Assembly: GCA_039810485.1 (NCBI GenBank)
Contig: JBDHXA010000002.1
Span: 8,597-72,596, forward strand
Direction of reading: 5' to 3'
Source of the DNA: Chlorobiota bacterium
Lineage (GTDB): Bacteria > Bacteroidota > Ignavibacteria > Kapaibacteriales > UBA961
Length of the DNA stretch: 64,000 nucleotides
The first letter of the stretch is position 1; the number at the start of each line of letters is the position of its first letter. Position numbers and translations under genes: made by a program. The notes beneath the pieces were generated by a model. It did no database searches. It had not been told where the DNA came from and saw nothing but the letters and a program-made list of their open reading frames with translations. Positions 9,734 to 22,603 of this stretch are shown in pieces.

Positions 9734-12727
9734 ATGAAATTTTTAGTTACAGCAATCCTTTTCTGTTTTTCTGTTTCTTATTCTCTTTTTAGCCAAGACC
9801 TTACTTGGGTAAAAAACGTGTCGCACGAGATTGGACTCGACTCTGCCAATGGTTCGCGAGTAGTGAATGTTGATATCAACAATGATGATTATCCTGATCT
9901 TGTATGGGGAACAGGCAATGCTGGCAAAAACCATTTTTTCATTTATCTGAATGTGCCAAATCCAGATAAGAACAGTCAAAACAAACGAATATATAAGGAT
10001 TTTACAGAAGAATCGGGAATAAATGCAAATAGAACTCCGGGCAAAGGTCCAAGAATTATTGACGTGGCAGTTTTGGCAGATATTGACAATGATGGCGATG
10101 TTGATTTAGTAACAAGCGTTTATTATCATCGCTGGGAATACTACAATACGCCTGAACTTGACCCCGGAGATAGATCGGAAGTCATGCTGAATGACGGTCA
10201 GGGGCATTTTACTTTAGTGCAAAACAATGGATTGTACAATCTTGATTTACCACAATTTATGACCAAAGCACTTACTAATACGACAGGTATGTCGCTATTT
10301 GATTACGATCTCGACGGGAAACTTGACTTATATATGTCACAATGGTTTCGCGACTATGCAAATGATTCAAAAATGAAAGATATTTTGATGAAAGGCAATG
10401 GCGATGGAACATTTACGTATGTGCCTAACAGCGGCATTAACGTAAGCGAACCAATGTACGGCATGAATGTAACAGATTGGAACAACGACGGTTTGATTGA
10501 TGTTGTAACATCCGCTTACTGTCGTAGCGGAGGCAGTTTATTTATGAACAACGGCAACGGCACTTTCACAGATGTTGCTCCAATAATTGGATACACCGGA
10601 CAGCTTATGGGCGGTGATAATGGTCAGAACCTATGTCAATGGGAGGCACAACCGGCAGATTTCGACAATGACGGCGATATTGATTTGCTTCAAGTTGATG
10701 TGCATGGCGGCTATGATGCAGGCGAAGGGCGCACGCATGTTACCATAAATCAGGGTACAGAAAAAAACTATGCTTTGGAATGGGATATGCCCCGTATTCG
10801 ACGAGATGCTCCTGTTAATTCACATCTTGGCGATCAAGGAGGCCAATGGTTTGATCTTGATAATGATGGATTTCAAGATATCGCCATCGGACAAATGGCA
10901 TATCCGCAGGCGAATTCTGCCGGACAAGAGCGCTTGTATATTTTGCGACAAAATAAGGACGGATATTTTGACGATATTTCCAAAGCAATTGGAATATTTG
11001 CCACAGAAAAAGAAGCTCATTCGATGGAACCGGTAGATTATGATATGGATGGCGATCTTGATTTGATGTTCAGCAGACAAGTGCGTCCTACGGTAGGCAC
11101 TCCTTATATGCAAGTCATGCTTTTGCGCAATGATATTGGCAATAAAAACAATTTTATATCTATAAAGCTAAATCCGCCTTCCGGCGTTAACCGCAATGCC
11201 GTAGGAGCAAGAATTACAGTTCACACCGGCAAAATGCATCAAATTCGAGAAATTTCGGCAGGCGGCGGCCATTTTGCAGGACAGCAGCATTTTATTCAAT
11301 TATTCGGATTAGGCAAATACGAACATGTTGATTCAATCACCGTTCGCTGGCCCAAAAAAGATAATAATATCGCAGTATTTTATAATGTTCCAGTTAATAC
11401 ATTCATCCAAATTGACTCAAATTCGCATTGGGAATTTCTCCCTATTCAATCACAAAAACGCGCTATTATCGGTCTTGACAAACCTTTACTCTCTCTTGGA
11501 GTTGTAGATACTGGAAAAGTCAAAGAAGAACAAATCAATGTTATTAATTATGGCAATTTGAATTTAACAATAGCAACCATCGCACTACAAGATCAAAACA
11601 ATGTTTTTTCATTAACGAATTCCCCACAACTTCCAATAGTGATTGAGCCGGGCAAATCAATTCCTCTTACTGTTACGTTCTCACCCCAAATTCGCAAAGA
11701 ATATCGCGCTAATATTATTGTTCGTTCAGATGCTGAGAACCAATCTGTTAAAAATATACCTATTTCCGGATTCGGAAATTCTCCAAAACCTATTATTGCG
11801 CTTTCTACTCAACGACTTGGTTTTGATAGCGCATGGGTTGGTTTTCCTAAAAATGCTAAGTTTTCAGTAAAAAATATAGGCGAGAAACCATTGACAATTT
11901 CGTCTGTTTCGCTAAAAAATAATAATGATGCAGCATTTTCAATTTCTGGTCAAACGAACTCTATTGAACCCGGCTCATCTTTCGATTATATTCTGAATTT
12001 TACTGCAAAAAGCCGTAAAAACTATAATGATACAATTATAATTGTTTCAAATGCACACAACGATACGCTTAATTCTATTACCGTGTTTAGTACAGTGACA
12101 GGTCCAAATCCAAGAATATCTGTAAGTAGTGCTCTTTTTTTTCCCAAAACAGACGTTGGACAAACATCAACAAAAGAGCTTTCTATTGAAAACACCGGCG
12201 ATTACACTTTAACTATAACTTCAATGAAACCAGAAGAGTATAATGATATTTTCTTACAAAATTCCGAATCTCCATTAATTATTCCTGCAGGACAAAGCAA
12301 AGTTATTAACATTGATTTCAAGCCAAAAGAAGAAGGAAAAACGTATTCAACTAAGTTGGCTATTAACTCCGATGCCGTTAATACACCACAACAAACAGTT
12401 ATGATGCGAGGCGTGGCTGGAAGCACCACCGGCATTGAATGGGATGAAATTATCGCAGATGTAATACCAATAGAAATGAATGTGTTTCCACAACCGGCCA
12501 CAAGTACTGCAACTGTGAAGTTAATTTTGAATAAATCATCAAAATCGAGAGTGTGGATAACAGATGCTTTCGGTCGCCCTGCATTTGAATTTTTTAATAA
12601 AGAAACAGCCGAAGCCGGCGAATACACACTTACAATAGATATATCAAGTTTATCTAGCGGTCAATATAGAATACTAGCTGAAACCAATGGAATTATCAGC
12701 CATCTTCCTTTAACTGTTGCACGTTGA
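9734..12727 (+). CDS. CRTAC1/ASPIC-UnbV family protein with FG-GAP/VCBS-like repeats and three Ig/ASH-like domains, ending in a T9SS C-terminal sorting domain.
   Basis: Signal peptide. Repeated Dx(D/N)xDGxxD calcium-binding FG-GAP motifs. UnbV/ASPIC-like segment (ISAGGGHFAGQQHF...GLGK...VRWP). Three repeats of about 100 aa of Ig-like type. C-terminal roughly 80 aa beta-rich CTD (…GEYTLTIDISSLSSGQYRILAETNG…). Confidence 0.65.
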   Translation: MKFLVTAILFCFSVSYSLFSQDLTWVKNVSHEIGLDSANGSRVVNVDINNDDYPDLVWGTGNAGKNHFFIYLNVPNPDKNSQNKRIYKDFTEESGINANRTPGKGPRIIDVAVLADIDNDGDVDLVTSVYYHRWEYYNTPELDPGDRSEVMLNDGQGHFTLVQNNGLYNLDLPQFMTKALTNTTGMSLFDYDLDGKLDLYMSQWFRDYANDSKMKDILMKGNGDGTFTYVPNSGINVSEPMYGMNVTDWNNDGLIDVVTSAYCRSGGSLFMNNGNGTFTDVAPIIGYTGQLMGGDNGQNLCQWEAQPADFDNDGDIDLLQVDVHGGYDAGEGRTHVTINQGTEKNYALEWDMPRIRRDAPVNSHLGDQGGQWFDLDNDGFQDIAIGQMAYPQANSAGQERLYILRQNKDGYFDDISKAIGIFATEKEAHSMEPVDYDMDGDLDLMFSRQVRPTVGTPYMQVMLLRNDIGNKNNFISIKLNPPSGVNRNAVGARITVHTGKMHQIREISAGGGHFAGQQHFIQLFGLGKYEHVDSITVRWPKKDNNIAVFYNVPVNTFIQIDSNSHWEFLPIQSQKRAIIGLDKPLLSLGVVDTGKVKEEQINVINYGNLNLTIATIALQDQNNVFSLTNSPQLPIVIEPGKSIPLTVTFSPQIRKEYRANIIVRSDAENQSVKNIPISGFGNSPKPIIALSTQRLGFDSAWVGFPKNAKFSVKNIGEKPLTISSVSLKNNNDAAFSISGQTNSIEPGSSFDYILNFTAKSRKNYNDTIIIVSNAHNDTLNSITVFSTVTGPNPRISVSSALFFPKTDVGQTSTKELSIENTGDYTLTITSMKPEEYNDIFLQNSESPLIIPAGQSKVINIDFKPKEEGKTYSTKLAINSDAVNTPQQTVMMRGVAGSTTGIEWDEIIADVIPIEMNVFPQPATSTATVKLILNKSSKSRVWITDAFGRPAFEFFNKETAEAGEYTLTIDISSLSSGQYRILAETNGIISHLPLTVAR

Positions 12728-12736
12728 CATATCAGC

Positions 12737-13051
12737 ATGAAGGTCAAAATAATAGCTGCTACAATATTTATTGCTTTTTGCGCCTGCAACGACTCCGGCT
12801 TATGGACTGAGGAAGATGAAAAATTCGCAATAACATATTCAGCAATTTTATTTGAGCGAGAAAAAGTAAACGATTCGACAATTATAGAGCACAAAATTGA
12901 TTCAATCTTACAAAGAGTCGGATTAACTGAATCATCTTTTCGAGCAAAATTTGATTATTATTCAAAAGATCCTAAATTATTGCATCGTTTAATTGATTCT
13001 ACGCAGGCAATAGCTCAACGCTCGCTGCAGAAAGTAAAAAGCAGAAAATAA
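12737..13051 (+). CDS. Small hypothetical lipoprotein.
   Basis: MKVKIIAATIFIAFCACNDSG lipobox-like N-terminus. 104 aa. Confidence 0.4.
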   Translation: MKVKIIAATIFIAFCACNDSGLWTEEDEKFAITYSAILFEREKVNDSTIIEHKIDSILQRVGLTESSFRAKFDYYSKDPKLLHRLIDSTQAIAQRSLQKVKSRK

Positions 13052-13080
13052 TCACCGCGATATCTAAACAGTTTAACACT

Positions 13081-13125
13081 CAATGCGGCTATCAAGTTAT
13101 ACTTCGACGCCGCATTGTTTTTTTT
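13081..13125 (+). terminator. Rho-independent terminator.
   Basis: Stem caatgcggc / gccgcattg followed by a T8 run. Confidence 0.65.
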
Positions 13126-13170
13126 GACATTAACACGTTATTTGCAGGAAGCTATATTTTAACTTAATAC

Positions 13171-14037
13171 ATGTCCATTTACTTTTTATTTATTTTTCAA
13201 CAATTTATTGCTTCAAGTGCTCATCTTTTTGCAAAAGATATTGTGATGAGCATGCACCCTGTCAATGTAGTATTTTATCGAGGCGCTTTTTCTGTGCTGC
13301 CTTATGCCTTGTGGATGTGGTTCAACAGAGCTAAATCTCAGCCCATAGTGCGCAGCGACCTATGGCGCTATTTCCTTTTGGGAATAGTTAATATGCCTTT
13401 GAATCAGCTTCTATTTATTTGGGGTTTAACTTATACCACTCCTGCAAATGCTGCGCTCGCTTATGCATTATCACCGGCTTTTGTTGCGGTAATCAGTGCA
13501 ATCTTCTATAACGAACGTCTTGGCAGTCAATCTGTTACAGGAATTTTTATTGCTATTGCAGGCACATTTATTGTCTTATTTGAAAAGGGCTTCAATACAT
13601 CGTCTGAATTCTTAGCCGGCAATATAATTGAATTATGCGCAAGTTTATCATGGGCAATATTCACGATTTTAGGACGTTCTCTTTCAATTAAATATGGCGC
13701 TATTCGTACTACCTGCATGGCTATGTTCACCGGATTTATTGCGTTTATTCCTATTGTGATATTCGCTCCCATTCCATTTATTGAACCCCAAGAGCTTACA
13801 TCGCATCAGTGGTTCGACCTTGCATATTTAGGTGTTATTATCTCTGGAATTGGCTTTGGGTTATGGAAATATCTCCTAACTAAGCGCTCTTCTGTTCAAG
13901 TTTCTGTGTTTAACAATTTACAGCCGGTGATAACGACAATTCTTGCAATATTTATTTTTGGATTAAAACCATCGTTTATTTTTATTATTGGAGGAATTGT
14001 CACATTAGCAGGCGTATTGATAACTCAACGAAAATAA
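13171..14037 (+). CDS. DMT-superfamily (EamA-like) transporter.
   Basis: About 10 predicted TM helices in two EamA-like halves. 288 aa. Confidence 0.7.
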   Translation: MSIYFLFIFQQFIASSAHLFAKDIVMSMHPVNVVFYRGAFSVLPYALWMWFNRAKSQPIVRSDLWRYFLLGIVNMPLNQLLFIWGLTYTTPANAALAYALSPAFVAVISAIFYNERLGSQSVTGIFIAIAGTFIVLFEKGFNTSSEFLAGNIIELCASLSWAIFTILGRSLSIKYGAIRTTCMAMFTGFIAFIPIVIFAPIPFIEPQELTSHQWFDLAYLGVIISGIGFGLWKYLLTKRSSVQVSVFNNLQPVITTILAIFIFGLKPSFIFIIGGIVTLAGVLITQRK

Positions 14038-14058
14038 TGCTAATTAGAAATAAAAACT

Positions 14059-14976
14059 ATGAATAATTCAACAAGCGGTATATATGCCGATGGTACTCTC
14101 ATCGCAACAGAACGAGTTCAGCCATCGAAATCACAATTCAACATTGCACAGCGATTGATGAATACAGAAGATTTCGAGCGGTTTTCATCTGTTCAGCTTT
14201 ACTCGATAACATATATTAGCGACAATCTTAAAATCAAAGGTTTTATGGCTTTGCCGGCTGCAACAGAAAAATTATTGCCTGCAATTATTTTTAATCGCGG
14301 AGGAATAGGTGAGCGCGGAGCTTTAACCCCAGATTCTGCTATGAATTATGCAGGTCTATATGCAAGCTGGGGATATGTTTGCTTGGCAAGCCAATATCGC
14401 GGACAAGGCGGCAGCGAAGGAATAGAAGAATGGGGCGGTCGCGATGTCGACGACGCAATGAACTTAATGCCGCTTCTTGATTCATTAGATTACGTCGACA
14501 AAAACCGCATTGGCCTTATTGGCGGCAGTCGCGGCGGCATGATGGCTCTGCAAATGCTAAAGCGCACTAATTACTTTCAAGCAGCGGTAACTATTGGAGC
14601 GCCATCGGCGATTCACAAAGTTTCCAAACAATCATACATATACAAAACTTTTGCAAAATTGTTGGATAATGGTCATGATGTGCAATCGGAAGCAATAGCT
14701 CGGTCTGCGGCAGCATTTGCAGATGATTTATGCAAAACTACACCGCTGTTGGTTCTGCATGGCACAGGCGACAAACGAGTTGATCCTGAGCATAGTTATC
14801 AACTTGGAATAGCATTGCAGCAATGCAATCATCCCTATAAACTTGTAATGTACGATAATGCAGATCACGTATTGGCAGGGCGCAGAGCGGAAAGCAATGA
14901 AGAAATTCGCAATTGGGTTGATCGTTATGTAAAACGCCGTGAGCCACTTCCAAAGGTTGGTCCTCACGGCGCATAA
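14059..14976 (+). CDS. Alpha/beta hydrolase (S9 prolyl-oligopeptidase / dienelactone-hydrolase-like).
   Basis: Nucleophile elbow GGSRGG (GxSxG), downstream Asp (HGTGDKRVD) and His (NADHV) consistent with a catalytic triad. Confidence 0.7.
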   Translation: MNNSTSGIYADGTLIATERVQPSKSQFNIAQRLMNTEDFERFSSVQLYSITYISDNLKIKGFMALPAATEKLLPAIIFNRGGIGERGALTPDSAMNYAGLYASWGYVCLASQYRGQGGSEGIEEWGGRDVDDAMNLMPLLDSLDYVDKNRIGLIGGSRGGMMALQMLKRTNYFQAAVTIGAPSAIHKVSKQSYIYKTFAKLLDNGHDVQSEAIARSAAAFADDLCKTTPLLVLHGTGDKRVDPEHSYQLGIALQQCNHPYKLVMYDNADHVLAGRRAESNEEIRNWVDRYVKRREPLPKVGPHGA

Positions 14977-15014
14977 TAATTCTAAAAAATTGAGATCTTC
15001 AATAACGCAGAATA

Positions 15015-17015
<2,001 letters not shown>

Positions 17016-17413
17016 TTATTGGAAATTTCTTGGTAGAGTTGGTCCCTTCTGCTGCAAGAAAGGCATTGCAAAAATACGAATTTTTTTGCAAACAACAATA
17101 CAGAACAAATAATGAAATTACAATATATTTCATTAAGTTACAGGTGATTAAATACTCTGTGAAACTGCTTTGATAAACAGCGGTTTCCAATTATTTTCCA
17201 TCTGTTTCTAATCCAAGTTGAATACCGCAAAACAATTCGTAGAATTTTGTTGCAAGCATGAGGAATTTTTGAATATCTGCCTTCATTAAAACATGCTTCA
17301 AAGTTTTTTTTGTTGTTCAGTAAGAATAGGGTAATTTCGCAATTGAAATATTGACACTGTGATAATAAGCGATTACAGCAGTTTAGAAGATATATAATTA
17401 TGAAAGATACGCC

Positions 17414-17917
17414 ATGTCTGAAACTTTAAACATTTCTCACGTTTTTATGCCAAGGCATCAGGAAGAAGCCCAAAAAGAAGATTTCAGCGTGTTTCGCCAT
17501 ATTATTCAAAGCCGCGTCCGCATCTACGATGTCGACCGTCAAAGTATAGTGCATAACGCTGTATATCTTTATTGGCTTGAGGCGGCGCGTGTGGAATATT
17601 TTCGCGGGATAGGATTGCCTATTGATTTGCAAACTTTTGTTACAAAGCATCGCTTCGTAGTAGCGCGTACAGAGATAGACTACATATATCCTGCTTTTTT
17701 TGATCAGGAATACGAAGTTCTCACACGCGTTTCAAACATGAAAAACACGTCTTTTATTTGCGAGCAAGTTGTTCGGCTTTTAGATGGTGCTATTGTTATC
17801 AAAGCCAATAGTGTAATGGTTCACCTGAACGCAGCGCATCACAAACCAGAGCATATTCCCGAAAGCTACCGTGTACTTATTCGCGAATATGAAGGAGACA
17901 ATGTTCAAATCGTTTAA
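17414..17917 (+). CDS. Acyl-CoA thioesterase, hotdog fold (YbgC/4HBT family).
   Basis: Hotdog-fold pattern with conserved Asp in RIYDVDRQSIVHNAVYLYWLEAARVE. Confidence 0.7.
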   Translation: MSETLNISHVFMPRHQEEAQKEDFSVFRHIIQSRVRIYDVDRQSIVHNAVYLYWLEAARVEYFRGIGLPIDLQTFVTKHRFVVARTEIDYIYPAFFDQEYEVLTRVSNMKNTSFICEQVVRLLDGAIVIKANSVMVHLNAAHHKPEHIPESYRVLIREYEGDNVQIV

Positions 17918-17935
17918 AAAATAGTATAATTTGGT

Positions 17936-20900
17936 TTAGCCAATGGCGCGATGAATGGCCTCCAATAATTTATCCGATGTATATGGCTTCCCAAGAAACC
18001 ATACATTGTCGCCTTGATCCACGCGATTGCCATTTTGCTTAAAGCCGCTTACAGCAATAATTTTAACCAGCGGGTTGATAGTTTGCAATGCTCTAATTGT
18101 GGCATTTCCATCCATATAGGGCATCATCATATCAGTAATTACAAGAGCTATATAATCCTTTTGCGTGGCATACATAGCCAATGCACTTGCGCCGTCATTT
18201 GCAGTTAGAACAGCATAACCGTTCAATTGCAAGGTTTGCCTTGTTACTTCAAGTATTGCAGATTCGTCGTCAATTACCATAATAAGCTGTCCGTTTCCGC
18301 TATAGTTGCGTTCTGTCGCTTGTTTTTCAGATCTCATTTCTTTCTGAGATACTGGCAAATATACTTTGAAAGTTGATCCCTTTCCAACCTCGCTATATAC
18401 ATTAATAAATCCTCCATGTCCTTTGATAATTGCTAGTGCTGTTGGCAGCCCCATGCCGGTACCTTTTCCGAACTCTTTTGTTGTAAAAAATGGCTCGTAC
18501 AAACGGTCTACAACTGCCGCGCTCATCCCAATTCCTTGATCGGCAACTGATATGACAACATAGTAACCCGGATCTACACCAAATTGCATTTTTGCATATT
18601 GTTCGTCGAGAAAAAGCGACTCAGCCGTAATAGTGAGAGCTCCGCCATTCGGCATTGCGTCGCGCGCATTTACACAAAGGTTCATCATAATTTGATGAAT
18701 CTGAGTGGAATCGGCAAATACTGCAGGCAAATCATCTGAAATTTTACTATAATAAACAATATTTTTTGGAAATACTTCTTTGATTATTCTGCCAATTTCA
18801 TTAATGACATGACTGAGTTGAATAGAGAAACGCTCGCCTTCAATACCACGCGCAAAACCAAGCACTTGCTTAACCATATCAGAGCCGCGATTGACCGAAG
18901 ATTTTAACATGGATAGCAGTACGGCTGATTTTTCATCGGGAAATTTTTTGCTTAATATCTCTAAGGACAGCATTATAGGCGTAAGGATATTATTTAAATC
19001 ATGAGCAATTCCGCCTGCTAAAGTGCCAATACTTTCCAAGCGTTGCGAACGTTGAATTTGTTTTTCTATGCGCTTCTGCTCAGTTACATCGCGCGCAACA
19101 ACCACAATTTGTTGCACTTTGCTCTTAGTTTCATCGAAAACTGGATTGGCAACAGCATCAATAAACCTCGTTTCACCGTCCTTAGTTACTATGCGTGATG
19201 TTGCAAATTGGCTTTCGCCAGTTGACACTACTTGGTGAAGAAGTTTAACAATATGCTCTCTGTCATTAGGATGTTGTGTGTCAAGTGATGATGTTTCAAT
19301 TGCGTTACCATATATTTTTTGCAGCGAAGGACTAATATATAATCTCTTACCCTCTGTGTCAATAACGCTGATATAATCCGTAGTATTTTCTGCAATAAGA
19401 CGAAATTGTTCTTCAGTTTTGCGCAATGCTTCTTCGGCAATTTTACGAGTAGTAATATTCATTACAGTCCCTACCATTTTAACAGGTGTTCCCGTTTCAT
19501 CATATTCGGCGCTTCCATTGCTAGCCATCCACTGCGGATTATCTTGTAAAGAATATTTGCTTCGATATTCAACAGAAAGTATTGTACGCTCTTTTAGCGA
19601 AATTGATAATGCTCTGCGAACCATTGGAACATCATCTGGATGAACTGTATTAGCTATAGCATCTTTAATAGGAAGGATATGATCATTTTTATTTATTCTA
19701 AAAATATCATAACAGCGCTCCGACCATTCAACAGTATCGGTTTCAACATTCCATTCCCAAACTCCCATTCCTGCAATTTCGAGTGCAAAATCCAAACGCC
19801 GCTGGCTTTCTACAAATGCTTGCTGGGCAGTAATTCTCTCGGTTATATCTCGTATCAGCAGCAATACTTTATCATCGGCAAGAAATATGGAACGAGCTTC
19901 TGAATGCATGACGATATTATTTATAAGCAAGCTGTATTCGAATTTTTCTAATTTCCTGGTTTGCAATGTCTTGCGTATAGTTTCTTTAGTTTGCTCAGCA
20001 ACATTAGTTGGCAATATTTCACTAATATTTTTTTGAAGGAAATTACTTGGTGAATCGTAAAGAATTGTATCGGAAGGCGCATGAAAATCTAGAAATACTC
20101 CATCGGAATTTAATTCGAACATAAGGTCAGGAATTGCTTCTACAATTGCTCGATTTCTTTCTTCGCTGACTCTGAGGGCTTCTTCTGCCTGTTTCGCTTC
20201 CGTCATATTTGAGAATAATGCAACAAAATACTCTTTTTCAGGGCTGAATAACGATAAACTATACCATCCGTTTGTTTGAGGCAAATACGTTTCAAATCGT
20301 TCTTGTATGCCTGTTATCGCCACTCGCGCATAACGTTGCAATATTTCAGGATTCTGCTCAAGAACTCCCGGAATTACTTCATTAAACGTTTTTCCTACAA
20401 TATTGTCTATCCCAAACAATGATTTAAACGAAGGATTAACTGCTATATATTCAAAATCAATAGGTTTACCATCGCTATCATATTTAATCCGACAAAGCGC
20501 ATACCCCTCAAGTAAATTCTCAAATAATGCATTGTACCGCTCACCGCTTTTACGTAGTGACTGCTCCTTTTGTAATAATTCAGATTTATCGCGAACTATT
20601 ATAGAAAATCCTGTAACTTTTTTTGCATCATCAGTAATTGGAGATGCGCTGATAGACACTGCCAGACGCGCGCCATTGCGATGAATGCGTTCTGTTTCAA
20701 AATTTGTGATGCTTTTGCCGCTTAGAAGAATATTGCCGATTTGTTGAACTTCTTCAATCTTGTCTGCAGGTATTATGAATGATGTTGGCTGCCCAATTGC
20801 TTCTTTCTCTGTGTAACCATAAATTCTCTCGGCACCTTTGTTCCAAGTGAGTATTCTCTTTTCGGTATCTGTGCTGATAATTCCATCAGTTGAAGATTCA

Positions 20901-22183
20901 ACTATTGCCGCAAGGCGCTGCATCATTATTCTGCTTTGTTTACGGTTAGTTACATCACGAAAAATAATATTTATCAGATTTTGTCCTTCTACTACGGTTT
21001 TGGACAGAGCGCCTTCTATTATTATTTCTCTTCCGTCCGAGCAAACTCCTCGCATTTCTCTAAGAATATCATCTTTAATTTCTTGAGTTTTATATTTATT
21101 CACATATACTTGATGAGTCGCTCGTCTATTTTCCGGCAATAACACGTCAAGTTTTTTCCCATACAAATCAACTTCTTTGTAGCCAAATATTTCTTCTGCC
21201 GATGGATTTACAAGTATAATATTTTGGTCTTCATCTATGCTTATTATGCCACCAATGGATGAATCTATGATGCTTTTTATTCGACGCTCGCTCGTTTGCA
21301 GCTTTTCGACATGGTTGAGAGAGCGAGCATTATAAAAGAGCAGGATGCTGAATACAATCATTATGAGCGATGCTGTTACTAACGGTTCACTATTAATATC
21401 TAATAAGCCAGAATTCATATATACTATTTCCAAACAAAGAGGAAATATTACAGCTACAGGAAGCATCAGTCGTAGTGTTCGACCTGCTGATGTATTTTCT
21501 GTCAGGATTTTCATAAGACCTATTTTAGGTCGGCTAATAAATGCTCCTATGCCTATTAACATTAGTGCAATTGAAGCATTGAAAGGAATGGGTGGAGAAT
21601 TTTTACTAAAAACACTAATTTCCGTTTGTAAAAAATATCCAGAAACAGCAGTTATACCCAAAAAGAATACTGAAAGGAAGAGTATTTGGCTCTTATAAGA
21701 ATGCAATCGGAATATTCCAATGCTCATTAATAGCAGAGATGACGCCGTCAAGGCAGACATGCTGCCAGACAATACTATATTCTTTATAGTGTCGTATTTA
21801 ATATAAATGTCATCAATCCCTAATTCCAAATTGAAAATTATTTCTAACAACGTAATAAAACAATATATTAGAACAGTTATTGAAATTAGGTTTGCAAAGT
21901 AATTAGCATATTTGTTGCTCGGTATAAATATTTTGATAATATATGCTATGCTAATGAGAAAAAATCCAATTGAAGCGTTAAATCGTATTGGATGTGCGCC
22001 TAATCCAAAATTCACAAGAAAAGGAATATCCCAAAGCCAGCCAACAATTCCAAATAGTCCGATAATTAATGAGCATAAAATTAGCGACGCGCACAACCGT
22101 CGCAGAATCGTAAAAGTTCTCTCTGTAACAGTTAGCAAATCTTTCATATTTCTTCTTGAAATGGTTGGTAAATTTACGCACAA
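17936..22183 (-). CDS. Hybrid sensor histidine kinase: polytopic N-terminal membrane sensor, about 6 PAS/PAC domains, HisKA, HATPase_c and a C-terminal receiver.
   Basis: About 8 N-terminal TM helices. Repeated PAS signatures. H-box IAHDLNNILTPI. G-boxes (DQGIGM, GTGMGL). C-terminal REC (VIDDES...ITDMMMPYMDG...K). Confidence 0.85.
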   Translation of the reverse strand: MCVNLPTISRRNMKDLLTVTERTFTILRRLCASLILCSLIIGLFGIVGWLWDIPFLVNFGLGAHPIRFNASIGFFLISIAYIIKIFIPSNKYANYFANLISITVLIYCFITLLEIIFNLELGIDDIYIKYDTIKNIVLSGSMSALTASSLLLMSIGIFRLHSYKSQILFLSVFFLGITAVSGYFLQTEISVFSKNSPPIPFNASIALMLIGIGAFISRPKIGLMKILTENTSAGRTLRLMLPVAVIFPLCLEIVYMNSGLLDINSEPLVTASLIMIVFSILLFYNARSLNHVEKLQTSERRIKSIIDSSIGGIISIDEDQNIILVNPSAEEIFGYKEVDLYGKKLDVLLPENRRATHQVYVNKYKTQEIKDDILREMRGVCSDGREIIIEGALSKTVVEGQNLINIIFRDVTNRKQSRIMMQRLAAIVESSTDGIISTDTEKRILTWNKGAERIYGYTEKEAIGQPTSFIIPADKIEEVQQIGNILLSGKSITNFETERIHRNGARLAVSISASPITDDAKKVTGFSIIVRDKSELLQKEQSLRKSGERYNALFENLLEGYALCRIKYDSDGKPIDFEYIAVNPSFKSLFGIDNIVGKTFNEVIPGVLEQNPEILQRYARVAITGIQERFETYLPQTNGWYSLSLFSPEKEYFVALFSNMTEAKQAEEALRVSEERNRAIVEAIPDLMFELNSDGVFLDFHAPSDTILYDSPSNFLQKNISEILPTNVAEQTKETIRKTLQTRKLEKFEYSLLINNIVMHSEARSIFLADDKVLLLIRDITERITAQQAFVESQRRLDFALEIAGMGVWEWNVETDTVEWSERCYDIFRINKNDHILPIKDAIANTVHPDDVPMVRRALSISLKERTILSVEYRSKYSLQDNPQWMASNGSAEYDETGTPVKMVGTVMNITTRKIAEEALRKTEEQFRLIAENTTDYISVIDTEGKRLYISPSLQKIYGNAIETSSLDTQHPNDREHIVKLLHQVVSTGESQFATSRIVTKDGETRFIDAVANPVFDETKSKVQQIVVVARDVTEQKRIEKQIQRSQRLESIGTLAGGIAHDLNNILTPIMLSLEILSKKFPDEKSAVLLSMLKSSVNRGSDMVKQVLGFARGIEGERFSIQLSHVINEIGRIIKEVFPKNIVYYSKISDDLPAVFADSTQIHQIMMNLCVNARDAMPNGGALTITAESLFLDEQYAKMQFGVDPGYYVVISVADQGIGMSAAVVDRLYEPFFTTKEFGKGTGMGLPTALAIIKGHGGFINVYSEVGKGSTFKVYLPVSQKEMRSEKQATERNYSGNGQLIMVIDDESAILEVTRQTLQLNGYAVLTANDGASALAMYATQKDYIALVITDMMMPYMDGNATIRALQTINPLVKIIAVSGFKQNGNRVDQGDNVWFLGKPYTSDKLLEAIHRAIG

Positions 22184-22603
22184 ATTTTTGCGGTGAATAG
22201 CTCTGCTCTTTACTTCATCTTTAGTTCAGCAAATTTACAAAAAAAACATTTCGATTAGATTGAATACACAACTTATTTTACTACGACAACGAGTGTAATT
22301 AAAAATCAGTTCAAAACGAAGTTGTCAAAAAATTTGCCCGTTGCTTCAACTCATCAACATAAGCAATTTATTATTTAAGCACTTAGCATTTATTCCAAAT
22401 ATAAATTTGTTAAATTTTGTTTATCCCAACAGATTTGCTAAAATTTTTTCCTATTGAATGATTGGTGATTACTTTACTTAGTTATAATAAAACAATGAGT
22501 ACAGCTTTTCGTTGTAAATAATTAGTTGCAGATTTGAATTGCATTAATACCTTTGAATGAAAAATTCAGTTAAACCATCTACACCAATCTAAATAATTTT
22601 TTA

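Noticed and set aside
22184-22603. Cobalamin or SAM riboswitch upstream of the MetH-reactivation-domain gene
   Set aside because: I could not find a B12-box or SAM-I conserved core by eye. A covariance-model scan is needed, so it is left as a suggestion only.
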